DNA from: Squalus acanthias
Lineage: Eukaryota
Length of the DNA stretch: 64,000 bases
Direction of reading: 5' to 3'
Assembly (NCBI GenBank): GCA_030390025.1
Contig: CM059432.1
Coordinates: 72,108,001-72,172,000, forward strand
Under the pieces are notes generated by a model, which was given only the letters and a program-made list of their open reading frames with translations, ran no database searches and was not told the origin of the DNA. This document shows positions 48,277-62,065 of the stretch, piece after piece (positions within the stretch are counted from its first letter, which is position 1; each line of letters opens with the position of its first letter). The translations under genes and the position numbers were made by a program.

Positions 48277-49105
48277 ATTTTTTTTTTAATTCGCTTATGG
48301 GATCTGGGCATCGCTGGCAAGGCCAGCATTTATTGCCCATCCCTAATTGCCCTTGAGAAGGTGGTGGTGAGCCGCCTTCTTGAACCGCTGAAGTCCGTGT
48401 GGTGATGGTACTCCCACAGTGCTGTTAGGGAGGGAGTTCCAGGATTTTGACCCAGCGACTACGAAGGATCGGCGATATACTTCTAAGTCAGGATGGTATG
48501 TGACTTGGAGGGGAACTTGGAGGTGGTGGTGTTCCCATGCACCTGCTGCCCTTGTCCTTCTAGGTGGTAGAGGTTGTGGGTTTGGGAGGTGCTGCTGAAG
48601 AAGCCTTGGCGAGTTGCTGCAGTGCATCTTGTAGATGGTACGCACTGCAGCCACAGTACGCCGGTGGTGGAGGGAGTGAATGTTTAAGGTGGTGGATGAA
48701 GTGCCAATCAAACGGGCTGCTTTGTCTTGGATGGTGTCGAGCTTCTTGAGTGTTGTTGGAGCTGCACTCATCCAGGCAAGTGGAGAGTATTCCATCACAC
48801 TCCTTACTTGTGCCTTGTAGATGGTTGAAAGGCTTTGGGGAGTCAGGAGGTGAGACACTCGCCACAGAATACCTAGCCTCTGACCTGCTCTTGTTGCCAC
48901 AGTATTCATGTGGCTGGTCCAGTTAAGTTTCTGGTCAATGGTGACCCCCAGGATGTTGATGGTGGGGGATTTGGTGATTGTAATGCCGTTGAATGTCATG
49001 GGGAGGTGGTTAGACTCTTGCTTGTTGGAGCCATTGCCTGGCACTTCTGTGGCGTGAATGTTATCTGCCACTTATCAGCCCAAGCCTGAACGTCGTCCAG
49101 GTCCT
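48277..49105 (-). mobile_element. 5'-truncated non-LTR retrotransposon (CR1/L2-group) 3' fragment
   Basis: ILGVTIDQKLNWTSH, IYKAQVRSVMEYSPLAW, LDTIQDKAARLI; A-rich tail (poly-T on +) at 48278-48288. A related fragment lies at 57400-57640 (+). Confidence 0.85.
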
Positions 49106-50357
49106 GTAGGGCATATTCATTAATTCCATGCTCCCAGCAGGGAGCTGTGCTTGAAAGAAGTGTGGGTCAGAATTAGAGCTACAACACTGTTGCAATGATT
49201 CGCTGACCTGTGCTCCCTTTGACACTGATCCACATAAAGAAATATTAGGACAGGTGTCCAAAAGCATGGTTAAAGTGGTAGGTAATAAGGAGCGCCTTAA
49301 AGGAGGAGAGTGTGGTAGAGAGGCAGAGAGGTTTAGTGAGGCAATTCCAGAGCTTGGGGCCTAGGCAACTGAAGGCAGGGTCGCCAATGGTGGAGTGATA
49401 AAAATCAGGGATGTGCAAGAGGCCAGAATTGGAGGAGCGCAGAGATCTCAGAGGGTTGTAGGGTTAGAGGAGGTTACAGAGATAGGGAGGGGCAAGGTCA
49501 TAGAAGGATTTGAAAATAAGAATGAGAACCTTAAAATCGAAGCGTTGCAGGACCGGGAGCCAATGCAGGCCAGCGAGCACAGAGGTGATGGGTGAACGGG
49601 ACTTGGTACGAGTTCAAATACAGGCAGTAGGGTTTTGGATGAGCTCAAGTTTACAGAGGGTGCAAGGTGAGAGACCGGCCAGGAGAGAATTGGAATAGTC
49701 AAGTCTAGAGGTAACATGGATGAGGGTTTCAGCAGCAGAGATGAGGCAGGGGCGGAGACAGGCGATGTTACGGAGGTGGAAGTAGGTTGTCTTGGTGATG
49801 GAGAGGATGTGAGATCGGCATCTCAGCTCAGGGTCAAATAGGACAGCAAGTTTGCAAATAGTCTGGTTCAGCCTCAGACAATGGCCAGGGAGAGGGATGG
49901 AGTCGGTGGCTAGGGAATGTAGTTGTGGCGGGGACCGAAGACAATGGCTTCAGTCTTCCCAATATTTAATTGGATGAAATTCCTGCTCATCCAATACTGG
50001 ATATCGGACAAGTAGCGTGACAATTCAGGAGCAGTCGAGGGGTTGAGAGAGTTAGAACTGGGTGTCATCAGCGTACATGTGGAATCTGACATTGTGTTTG
50101 CGGATGACGTTGCCGAGGGGCAGCAAGTAGATGAGAAATAGGAGGGGGGTCAAGGATAGATCCTTGGGGAACACCAGAGGTAACGGTGGGTGAGTGGGAA
50201 GAGAAGCCATTGCAGAAGATTGTCTGGCTATCATTGGATAGTTAGGAATGGAACCAGGTGAAGGCAGTCCCACCCAGCTGGACAACGGAAGAGGCGTTGG
50301 AGGACGATGATGTGGTCAACTGTGTCAAAGGCTGCAGACAGGTCGAGAAGGATGAGG

Positions 50358-50816
50358 AAAGACTTGCATTTATATAGCGCCTTTCACGACCTCAGGACGT
50401 CCAAAGAACTTTACAGCCAATTAAGCACTTTTTGAAGTGTAGTCACTATTGTAATGTAGGAAACACGACAGCCAATTTGTGCACAGCAAGCTTCCACAAA
50501 TAGCAATGTGATCATGACCAGATAATCTGTTTTTGTGATGTCGATTGAGGGATAAATATTGGCCAGGACACCGGGGTTAACTCCCCTGCTCTTCTTCGAA
50601 ATAGTGCCATGGGATCTTTTACGTCCACCTGAGAGAGCAAACAGGGCCTTGGTTTAACGTCTCATCTGAAAGACGGCACCTCAGACAGTGCAGCACTCCC
50701 TCAGTACTGCACTGGAGTGTCAGCCTAGATTTTTGTGCTCAAGTCTCTGGAGTGGGCCTTGAACCCACAACCTTCCAACTCAGAGGCAAGAGTGCTGCCA
50801 ACTGAGCCACAGCTGA
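50358..50816 (-). mobile_element. SacSINE1-like Deu SINE
   Basis: Colinear with 18266-18724 and 35405-35873. Confidence 0.88.
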
Positions 50817-51926
50817 TAGTTCACCACGGTCACAGTCACATTTGTGACGTTGATAAGGCCGTTTCAGTGCTGTGGCAGGAGCAGGAATCTGATTGGAGGG
50901 GTTCAAACATGGAGTTGCGAGAAAGATGGGCACGGATTTGGGAGGCGTCAATACGTTCAAGACTCACACAGTAGGTTCAAGTCAATCCCGTTTGACCTCA
51001 TCTTTTCAGAATGGCGGACCTACCATCTTCCCATTATTGCATCTAGCTGATTCTTAATTGCATGCTCTGTATTGGCCTTAACCACCCATCCTGTAATCTG
51101 TTTCCAGCTGCCAATTGGCCTCTTTGTAAAGAAATACTTCCTAATATCTGTCTAAATTTGCCCTTCACAGTCCTGAACGTGTATCCTGTTGTCCTGCTAC
51201 TCTGGCATATCTGAAAATATTGTTTTAGGTTTATCCTATTGGGCATCCTGTACACCTACTTAACATCACCTCCGAGATATCTCTTTTCAGTCGTCCTAGG
51301 TTATCAATTGATTCCGAATGTCTCAGTCCTCTAAAGCCAGGGATCAGCTTTGTTACTCTCCTCTGCACTGCCTCTCGAGCCTGAATGGGCCCCTTAAGTT
51401 GTGGCAATCAGAGCTATATGCATTACTCCAGGTGTATCCTGACTAGTACGCTACATATGGCTTCAGCATGACCTCTGGGGATTGGAACTCAACTGATTTG
51501 ACAATATAATTCAAATCCTATTTTCTTTGTTTACTACCTTTGTAAATATGTGTATGTATTAAACTTAATCTGCAAGTGATCAGCTCTTTTTGTAACATCT
51601 TAGCTGCCTCCTCTAAGTCCATAGTCCTAGCTTGGTGTCATCCAACTACCTTGCGACTGTGATTCCATGTTATTTATGTAAACAGGATCATTAGGAGTCC
51701 TACTACAAACCTCTGGGGCAAGCCAACCACTACCTTCCTCCAATGCAAACTAGCTCTTATGACTGATTTCTGCATCCTTCTCTTTAACCAGTAACTAATT
51801 TACCCTTGATACCCACTGACCTAAGTTTGTGATGGAGTCTCTTATGTGGTACTTTATCAAAGGTCTTTTCGCTGTCTAGATGCACTAAATCATATTGTAT
51901 GGCTGGGTTTGTTCCCCTTTAATACT

Positions 51927-52664
51927 GGGCCAGAAATTCAGCTCTCCAGCTTCCCACGGGTGCAAGAATCGCGCGCGTACTTACCTAGCGCGCCTGCCGT
52001 TGTGCTTCGGTCCCGCGTGGAATTCGGCTCCTGGGCCTCCTGCAGCTGCCGGCGCGCAGTGCTTGCGTATCCCAGGGGCGCAGTTAGTTCGAAGCGTCCC
52101 CTGGGATCACGTGGGCCATGGAGAGCCAATCGGAGCAGGGAATCTTCATTCATAGATTTTGACAGGAAGACCTGTCAAATCTATGAATAGAGATCGGCCC
52201 CAAAACCTCACTAAAACTTCAAATAAATAAAAAAAAAATCACATAAATTAACTACCTTAAACAAAAATTTAAATTTTTGAAAAAATTAATTACACTTTTT
52301 AACGGTGCTAAAAATAAACTTACCTTTCTTTAAAGTATGTTAAAAAGATAAACCTGTTGAAAAAATGTTTAAATTGTACTTAATTCACCACTTACCTTGT
52401 TAAAAGCAGGCCTTACGCCTCCTTTTTTCCTGCGCAGCTTCTCCGTACTTACCCTCACGGAGAATCCTAAAAAAAAACCGAAGTTTGCTGCGTGCGCGCT
52501 GCCTCTCCAGCGCACGCGTTCGACCTCTGAACCCCTTCCTTCAGGGGAACGGAAGTTCCGGTTTCCAGCACATGCACAGTGCATGCACGAAACCGGCACT
52601 TTCGTTGGGTCTACGGGTGAGTACACAGCGCGTACTCACCCGTGGAGACCCGAATTTCTGGCCC
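51927..52664. mobile_element. Hairpin-rich Harbinger-type MITE, copy 3 (diverged subfamily)
   Basis: TIR gggccagaaattc / gaatttctggccc with ACT/AAT flanks; same order of motifs as copy 1. Confidence 0.85.
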
Positions 52665-54702
52665 AATGTTTATTGAGTTCAACTCTTTATTTAGAATGTC
52701 CTTGTTTAGAGTTTCACAGTACATTGTATTAATGTTACAGTATAGAGTAGTTAAGGCTGGAACAGTACATTCTTGTCAATGTTGGCTTGTTTTGAAACAA
52801 TGTTATGGAGCATGCAGAGCTGAGTATGCATCACAGAGTAATCCCTTTCCTCTCCCTTATGAAGGGTGGTGCTACTAAACAGGCTCTAAACAATAGGCTG
52901 CAGACCAGGACAGTGGAATTGTTTCATTGGCTCAGACTGTCAGTGAGGGAGGATATGCTGATCCCTCTCCTGCAATTGCAGTGACCCCTAGTAGGAGTGA
53001 GACAGAGGGGTTTAAACCCCCATCCCCTAGGTGTTTAGGTGTGAAACCTACCTGCTTTGTTTATCTTGCACACAGAAGCAAGTCTGTATGGCCGCTTGAT
53101 AACTGAAGGAGAAGCCTTTACCCACTCCCTCCTAAAGCTCAGGATGAGTTACAGTCTTGCCTAAATCTGGACTGAAGGACATTAGGGAAGAAACTACCTT
53201 ATGTTGTTGCCGTTGTAAGTATCAGTTGCTTTAAAAAATATCCAGAACTGACTGCTGCTATTTGCATTACACCATTTTAATTTGGAACCTTGGGTGAAGT
53301 TACCCCTTACTATGTCGCAAATACTTAGACCTCCTCGGCTAACAGCTTTTCCTTTAAATCAGCAGGATGGTGCATATTTAACAGCTTTTGGCACAGTGGA
53401 ATTTTGGTGAATACTCAATAAAAAGAGGAGCAGTAAAGGCCAGTGAATGGATATCTAGACAGGCTTCGATCAGAGTGGACTAAAACACAGCATCTAGCAC
53501 AGACCAGCAAGAAAGTACTTTGGGAAAAGTCATGACTATTGAAGAGGAAAGACAGAACGAAGAGGAGCAGATGATGGTTCCAGGAATGCTTTCTTGTGCT
53601 ATTCCTGGAATGTATAAAACAAGTTTAGGGTATTTTAGTGATCTATTCTCTCTTTTAGCAGCTTCTCTGTGCTTCATGTAGTGGACTCCATGTCCGCATG
53701 GTGCAGAAGCTGCAGCCCCATCAATTTATGTCCTGACAGAGATCAGACTGACGATCTCAGTTTCAAATTGAATGTTCCACAGAATGGCATTATTCACACC
53801 TCCCAAACAAGGTTTTCCTAGCTGAATTAGCACATGAAACCAGTTTGAATGTCAAGAATAAAAAACACCTCTGGTAGCTTAATGAATGGGTGCCAGTCGG
53901 CCATCTTAAGATTGAAACTGCCTTACTTTTTAATTTATAAAGAGAACATTTATATATATATTTATATATATGTCGTCCTATTTCTAGCTACCTTTAAACA
54001 GTGACATGACTGCAGAAGCTGTCACAAAATGTTATGGATCCAAAAACTCTATGGGCCACATCACAGCCTCGGTGAACCCATCCTAGAGGAATGAATTACT
54101 TGGATGAGGAACATGCTGAAACTTTATTGGGTACCCCAGGTGTTGCAAATAGAAGTAGCAATTGCTTGCCTGGAAGGAGAGACTCAGAGGGGATATTTAT
54201 GATGTCCGAGACCAACAGCAGAAAATGAACGTTGTCTTTGACAACTCTCACACTTTACGGAAATAAAATGCCCCCTTACAAGTTTTGTGCCACCTTTGTT
54301 AAGGGTGACAAGAGACCATCTGAGCATTTGAACTGACCCTGAAGGAATTGTGAGGTTGTCATAACCAGAGGCCCAGCAGAGATGAAAATGGATAAAGGGG
54401 CAGCTGTAGACCAGAACCTATCCCAAATACTGAAAAATCAAGCACATGTTGATAACACACTTACCTTTGTGGAAACTAAAAAGGAGGCCATGCACAGAAC
54501 AACAAAGAAGGTGGGAACTATGAAGAATAGACAGCTTACTATTAACAGGTTTCAGCAGTCCAGCCTTCAGGCTAAAATGTGGCAGATGTACTCCATTCCT
54601 AACGGCAGCATCAAGTCCAGGAGGCCATGAAGAAAGTACAGTGGGAGTTGAAGGAGAGCTTACAGAAGGTACGGACATATGAGGGTTAAACTTAAATTTC
54701 AG

Positions 54703-55115
54703 CATAGCTCAGTTGGTAGTACCCTAGCCTCTGAGTTAGAAGGTACAAGGTCCACTTAAGGATTTCAGCACAACAGTGCAGTACTGAGGGAGTGCTGCAC
54801 TGTAGGAGGTGCCATCTTTCAGATGAGACGTTAGCATTAGGCCCATTTACTTGTTCGGGTGGATGTAAAAGATCTCATGGCACTAATCGAAGAAGAGCAG
54901 GAAGTTCTCTCCTGGCAAGCATTTATTCCTCAAAAAATGCCACAAAAACAAATTAACTCGTCACAGCTATTTTGCTGTGTGTGGGATTTTGCTGTGTGGA
55001 AAACTAACTGCTACATTTGCATATATAAAAGGAATTACACTTGAAAAGTAATTCATTGGCTCTGAAGAAATTTGGACATCCTGAGGAAGTAAGTGGTGCT
55101 ATACAAATACAAATC
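54703..55115 (+). mobile_element. Decayed Deu SINE
   Basis: agctcagttggtagtaccctagcctctgagttagaagg...agtgcagtactgagggagtgctgcac...gaagaagagcagg. Confidence 0.75.
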
Positions 55116-55548
55116 CTTTTTTATTTTAGAGGAAAAAGGTGGAGACTAGTGAGAATGGCAACTTATCAGCAACAAGTTTCAGCAGTACTCCACACGTGAG
55201 GATGCAAATGTAGCCCATTACTCAGTGCAGTGTCAGGTTCAGAGGGCCATAGGAGACACCTGGAGATGGAAGAGGACTTCGAGGAGTTCTACAAGGAGAT
55301 GATGGAGATCGTGGCTGTGCTGGCAATAGGAGCACAGGGTAGGGGATTAGCCGTCGAATAGTCCGGAAATTGATGGACCAGTTTTTGCAAGCTCATTCTT
55401 GTAAGTGGTTCCCATATCTCTTGCATTTAGGAGTGCGCCTGCACCACCTAATATCTAATTATGGAATAGCGTAACCTGGGGGGGGGGGGGGGGGGGGGGG
55501 GGCGGTGGCGGGGAAGGGTGTAACAATTGTAATTTGACCTAGATATAG

Positions 55549-55800
55549 GTGTCAGCCGTGGCTCAGTGGTAGCACTCTCGTCTCTGAGTCAGAAGGTTCA
55601 AGCCCCACTCCAGAAACTAAAGCACATAATCAGGCTGATATTTCAGTGCAGTATTGAGTGAGTGCTTATTTTCAGAGGTGCTATCTTTCAGATGAGACGT
55701 TAAACAGAGGTGCTGTCTGCTCTCTCAGATGGATGTAAAAGATCCCATGGCACTATTTGAAGAAGAGCAGAAGAGTTCCCCCAGTGTCCTGGCCAATATT
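55549..55800 (+). mobile_element. 3'-truncated Deu SINE
   Basis: gtcagccgtggctcagtggtagcactctcg...cctggccaatatt, directly followed by a CR1 fragment. Confidence 0.8.
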
Positions 55801-55804
55801 GTTG

Positions 55805-57205
55805 CTGAGGGAAGCTAGGATGGGGATAGCAGAAGCTCGGACCACAATCTTTCAATCCTCCTTGGATACTGGAGTGGTGCCAGAGGACTGGAGGATTGCA
55901 AATGTTACATCCCTGTTCAAAAAATGAGAGTGGGATAAACCTGGTAACTACAGGCCAATTAGTCTAACGTCAGTGGTAGGAAAACTACTAGAGATCATTT
56001 GTCAAGGACAAAATTAATTCTCACTTGGAGAAGCTTGGGTTAATAAGGGATAGCCAGCACAGATTTGTTAAAAGGAAAATCATGTCTGACTAAGCTAATT
56101 GAGTTCTTTGCTGAAGTAACAGAGAGTGTTGATGAAGGTAGTGCAGTTGATGTTGTATATATGGACTTTCAAAAGGCATTTGATAAAGTACCTCATAACA
56201 GACTTATTCGGAAAATAGAAGCACATGGTATTAAAGGGACAGTGGTAACGGGATAGGAGGCAGAAAGTAGTGGTGAACAGATGTTTTTCTGACTGGAGAG
56301 AAGTCAGGCGATGGTCGTAGGACAATTGCTTTTTTTGTTGTATATAAATGACCTGGACTTGGGTATAGGGAGTACAATTTTGAACTTTGTGGACGATACA
56401 AAACTTGGCAACGTAGTAAATAGTGAGCATGATAGTAGCAGACGTCAGGAGGATATAGACAGACTGATGAAATGGGTAGGCACATGGCAGATGCAATTTG
56501 CAGATAAGTGTGAAGTGATGCACTTTGGGAGAAACACCATGGAGAGGCAGTACTATTTTGAGGGGGGTGCAAGAACAAAAGGACTTGAGGATACATATAC
56601 ACAAAACTTTGAAGGTGGCAGGGCAAGTTGATAAGACAGTTAAGAAAGTGTATGGAATACTTGGCTTTGTAAATGGGGCCATTGAAAACAAAAACAAGGA
56701 AGTCATGCTAAACCTTTACAAATCTCTGGTAGGCTGAAGTATTGTGTACAATTCTGGGCACCACACTTTAGGAAGGATGTCAAGCCCCTGGAGAGGATAC
56801 AGAGGAGGTTTACCGAGATGATACCAGGGATGAGGGATTTCAGTTATGTGGAAAGATTGGAGAATCTGAGATTGTTCTCCTTAGAGCAGAGAAGGTTAAG
56901 GGGAGACCTAATAGGGGTATTCAAAATTATGAGGGGTTTTGATAGAGCAAGTCGGGAGAAACAATTTCCTCTGGCAAGTGGGTTGGTAACCAGAGAACAT
57001 AGTTTTAAAATAATTGGCAAAAGAAATAGAGAGGAAATGAGGATAGATTTCTTCACACAGAGAGTTGTTAAGATCTGGAATGCACTACCTGAAAGGGTGG
57101 TGGAATCAGATTCCATAGGAACTTTATAAAGGCAATTGGACATGTACTTGAAGAGGTCTAATTTGCAGGGTTATGGGGAAAAAGCTGGGGTGTGGGACTA
57201 AATTG
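55805..57205 (+). mobile_element. 5'-truncated CR1 LINE (RT region, decayed)
   Basis: KGKSCLTKLIEFF, VYMDFQKAFDKVPH, FVDDTKLG, FSLEQRRLRGDL. Confidence 0.9.
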
Positions 57206-58904
57206 GAGGTGAATGGGATATAGTGGGGGGAAGTCGGACATCGCGGGGAGGTAGGGGGAGTTGAACATCGGGGGTGGTCGGCTGATCGCGGGGGTCTGAT
57301 CACGGAGGATAAACAGGTTTGCTTGGTGGGCTGGGGGTTGCACACCTGCTCCTCCTGGAAGTGGGTGAGTTGGGGTTGGCTGTCCCGTTTTTTTATTTTA
57401 AGGACAGCAGGTGCGTGGAACACCATAACCTCCATGTTTCCCTCCAAGTCATATACCATCCTGACTTGGACATATATCAACGTTCCTTCATCTGTGCTGG
57501 GTCAAAATCCTGGAACTCCCTACCTAACAGCATTGTAGAAGCACCTTCACCACATGGACTGCAGCAGTTGAAGAAGGCCCACCTCCACACTCTTAGGGTT
57601 CACATTGCCAGCAACGCCCACATCCCGAGAATAAATTAGAAAATGTTGAAAGAACTGTCCCGTGTGTTCACTTAGCTAGAGCTGTATGGATTGAAACTTT
57701 GGCAACTTTTGCAGACAAAGGTCAGTTATTTGGAACATGTGAGGGCTGATTTTTCTCTAAAAGGTTAAGAATTGGTGCTAATCCCACCTGTGTAGTAATG
57801 TACTAATAGCACTTAAAAATGAGTAAGCTCATTTGCATCATTAGGTGCAGATTGGATTCAGTGTAAGGAGCACACGAATGGTGGGGGAGTAACATTGCAC
57901 GTAAGTGAAATTTAAAGTGGTAGATTTTAACTTTCACCACGGGTGTTAAACTCTGTGTTGCAGATTGGCCACCGCTATACAACCTGTCTGATTTTCCTTG
58001 GCAGTAGAATGGGGATAATTAAAGGGGGGTGTCACAAAGGTGGGGCAACATTTTGTAAAGGCTTTAGAAAAGCTCAAAAGCTATCTCAACCCATTAGCAG
58101 GCTGAAAGGCCAAGGAGTTATGAAGTGACGGCCAAAAAGGAAGCCTTTTGTGCAGGCTTGAAGCCGCAGCTGGCTCTGCCAGCTATATATTGCATGTTAA
58201 CAGCAGATGTCCTTACACTAGATGGTATAGCTCGGCATCTGGCTCTTCTGACCTGGACCCTGTGAAGACCCATGACCATTTCAAGGTAGGTGCAACAATA
58301 CCTGCAAATGTGATTGGTAGCATCCTGGTGGGCATTGCTTTGCTAGCTGAAAGTCACCCTAGTGTGCCTTCTATCATGCAGTACCACGTAAACCATGACA
58401 TTCTCTGACTTGGGCGCTCCTGAAGAGCCATCCAGCAAAATAATTAGTCAAGCCTTCACCCTTATCTGTACTATTGTGCCTGCTGCCACAACCCACCTAA
58501 AGAGTTGGAGGTTCCACATCCACTAATTGTTTTTCAAAGTGAGATCTGGTGACCTCTGTCTGAAGATATGGGTGTGCGGTTCCTGGAAAGTGGGCACAGC
58601 GCATCTCTCGTGCAACCTGACCAACTTGCATCCCTCCTCAGCACCTCACATTAGGGAATTCCCATTGAGAAAACATTAATGCCTGTAATTGCAGGAAATA
58701 AACAAATAAATAAAACAATTGCTACAAATGCTGATGAAAATTTATGCGTCAGGATAAAAAAAAATGAAAAACTAATCAGAAATTGCCTCAAAAATATATA
58801 AACAAGTTTCTGTTTGGCCCTTTATAATTACTGACCAGAGTTGCTCAGCATCTAGCATCCCTGGATGCCCAGTTATATGGTGGCAAAAGTGGCAGTGAAA
58901 CAGC

Positions 58905-60800
58905 ACTCGTGTGTCCTCTCCCCTCCACCTTTACCTCTGACAACAAGTGTGAGGAGCTCATGGACTTCTTTGTCTCTAAGATTGAGACCATCCGATCAGC
59001 TGCCTCTGCTACTGCCCTTCCTTCCCCTAGCCCACTGGGCCAAACTTACTCTAAGTTTCCCCCCTGCCCTAGCCCTGAACTCACATCTTTCTCCAGTTTC
59101 TCTCCGATCTCCGCTCATGACCTCTCCACGCTCATCTTGTCCATGAGACCCACTTACTGCTCCCTCGACCCTATTCCCACCAAACTGCTGACCACCCAAC
59201 TTCCTTTTCTGGCTCCCATGTTAGCTGACATTGTTAACGGTTCCCTCTCCTCAGGTTCTGTCCCCCACTCCCTCAAATCTGCCGTCGTCATCCCTCTCCT
59301 CAAAAAACCAACCCATAACCCCTCCGTCCTTGCAAACTACCGCCCCATCTCCAACCTCCCTTTCCTCTCCAAAGTCCTTGAACATGTTGTCACCTCCCAA
59401 ATCCGTGCCCATCTTTCCCACAACTCCGTGTCCATCTTTCCCACAACTCCATGTTTGAATCCCTCCAATCAGGTTGTTCCGCCCTTGCCACAGTCACGAA
59501 ACGGCTCTCATCAAGGTCACAAATGACATCCTTTGTGACTGTGACAAAGGTAAACTATCACTCCTCATCCTTCTTGACTAGTCTGCAGTCTTTGACACGG
59601 TTGACCGCTCCATCCTCCTCCAATGCTTCTCCACCGTCGTCCAGCTGGGTGGGACTGCACCCGCCTGGTTCCATTCTTTTCTATCTAATCGTAACCAGAG
59701 AATCACCTGCAACGGCTTCTCTTCCTGCTCCTGCATCGTTACCTCTGGTGTCCCTCCTTGGCCCCCTCCTATTTCTCAGCTACATGCTGCCCTTTGGCGA
59801 CATCATCCCAAAACACAGCGTCACTTTCCACATGTACGCTGACGACACCCAGCTCTACCTCACTACCAATTCTCTTGACCCCTCCACGGTCTCTAAATAG
59901 TCAGACTGCTTGTCCGACATCCAGTTCTGGATGAGCAGAAATTTTCTCCAATTAAATATTGGGGAGACCGAAGCCATTGTTTTCAGTCCCCGCCACAAAC
60001 TCCGTTCCCTAGCCACTGACTCCATCCCTCTCCCTAACATCTGTCTGAGGCTGAACCACACTGTTCGCAACCTTGGTGTCATATTCGACCCTGAAATGAG
60101 CTTCCAACCACATATCTGTGGCATAACTAAGACCGCCTATTTCCACCTCCATAACATCGCCCGTCTCCGTCCTTGCCTCAGCTCATCCGCTGCTGAAACC
60201 CTCATCCACGCCTTTGTTATCTCTAGACTTGACTATTCCAACGCACTCCTGGCTGGCCTCCCACATTCTACCCTACGTAAACTTGAGGTGATCCAAAACT
60301 CGGCTGCCCGTGTCCTAACTCGCACCAAGTCCCGTTCACCCATCACCCCCGTGCTCGCTGACCTACACTGGCTCCTGGTTAAGCAACGCCTCAATTTCAA
60401 AATTCTCATCCTTGTTTTCAAATCCCTCCAATGCCTCGCCCCTCCCTATCTCTGTAATCTCCTTCAGCCCCACAACCCCCCCCGAGATATCTGCGCTCCT
60501 CTAATTCTGCCCTCTTGAGCATCCCTGATTATAATTGCTCAACCATTGGTGGCCGTGCCTTCTGTTGCCTAGGACCTAAGCTCAGGAATTCCCTGCCTAA
60601 ACCTCTCTGCCTCGCTACCTCTCTTTCCTCCTTTAAGACACTCCTTAAAACCTACCTCTTTGGCCAAGCTTTTGGTCACCTGCCCTAATTTCTCCTTATG
60701 TGGCTCGGTGTCAAATCTTTTGTCTTTTAATACTCCTGTGAAGCGCCTTGGGCGTTTTACTACGTTAAAGGCGCTATATAAATACAAGTTGTTGTTGTTG
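58905..60800 (+). mobile_element. 5'-truncated L2 LINE (RT region, disabled)
   Basis: [53 protein letters not shown]; 3' end aaaggcgctatataaatacaa(gtt)n. Confidence 0.92.
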
Positions 60801-62065
60801 TCATTTAAATATTCTAATTAAAGTCCCACTTGTTTCAAGCAGGAGCTTCCTTTGCCCATCCCATAGGGAGCGCTTGCCATACATAAATAGGGCAGAGATC
60901 TGGCGTTACAGGCCTCCTCCACATCCCAACACCCTGAAAACTGGCATACATGGGTGATTGGGATGAGGAAAATGGGCCCCATATCCTCCAAAGAAGGGAC
61001 GCAGTAGCCTGGAGAAGGTGAAAATGGTTCATTAATGGAAAACATCCGCAGATATGAAGGCAGTGTTGTCCTTTCTGGGATCTGAAGGATACTATGGCCA
61101 TATCATTCTGAACTTTCTCCAAGATTGCCAACTCATTGTACCAGCAGTGATCATTCACCTAAGGGCATTGAAACCTTTTTTGTGGACTTGGACACCTGAA
61201 TGTGAAACTATGCCCCAAGTTACAAATGGTGCAACTTGAGGAACTGCCCTGCGCCATACATCAGTTTGTTTAAAAAAAAAAAAATTCCACAACTGACTGC
61301 TGCCATTTGCTTTTTACTATTTTAATTGAAAACTTTGGGTGAAGTTGGACTTAATTAATAAATAGACCTCTTTAACTAATAATATGCCTTGGCCCCCTCC
61401 TCCCTCCCATCAATTTGGGGGACCTCTTCCTCAAATAATTCCTTGAAGTTGATCAGACAATATGTCCAGTTCATTTCATTTTGGACGTTTACAGCTGAGA
61501 GAGAGAGTAGACTTTTGTCCATTCGGCTGGACTGGTTTCAAGGTCAGATCCCAAATATGATAAAACTGTGTGCTAACCCAATACATCAAACTCTTTCCTC
61601 AGGTGTTTCTAGGGATTGGTTTACACACAGGAAATGCAATCCCATCATGTCATAATTTACCATAATAAGTCTTAGGAGAAGAAAAGATGTCATGACAACC
61701 CAAGTGAATAAATGAACACAGCATGATGTCTAGAGGAATACAGAATAGCTGATAAATATTCACAGTAATTCAACGGAGAGAGAAGTGAGTATAAACTGTA
61801 ATGAAGTGATTGACTTAAACACTGGGTTTGTTTCTTGTATAACAGGACTTTATTTTTTTGCTAGAATGAAAATTAATAAAGTTTGCGCTGCTTCATACAC
61901 GAATAATAAATTTTACATAGCATACCTTTTTCAAATTGTAAAACATCTAGTAGCAAAAGGTGCTGCACCTACTTTGTAAAGTCAAATTGGACGAGGGCAT
62001 TTGATTTTCAACAGTATCTTACCTAAATTAAACAACGCAGAATGACAATGTCGGACTCAGTTGCT

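Larger units (their letters stand above)
48205..50955 (-). mobile_element. L2 LINE 3' portion, interrupted by another LINE (48277-49105) and a SINE (50358-50816)
   Basis: Reverse-complement homologous to 59400-60800 ([32 protein letters not shown]). Confidence 0.85.

Noticed and set aside
55478..55503. Long poly-G run (also 28431-28450)
   Set aside because: Homopolymer of uncertain length with no supporting structure.
59402..59450. 23-bp tandem duplication inside the L2
   Set aside because: An ordinary slippage mutation that frameshifts a dead element.
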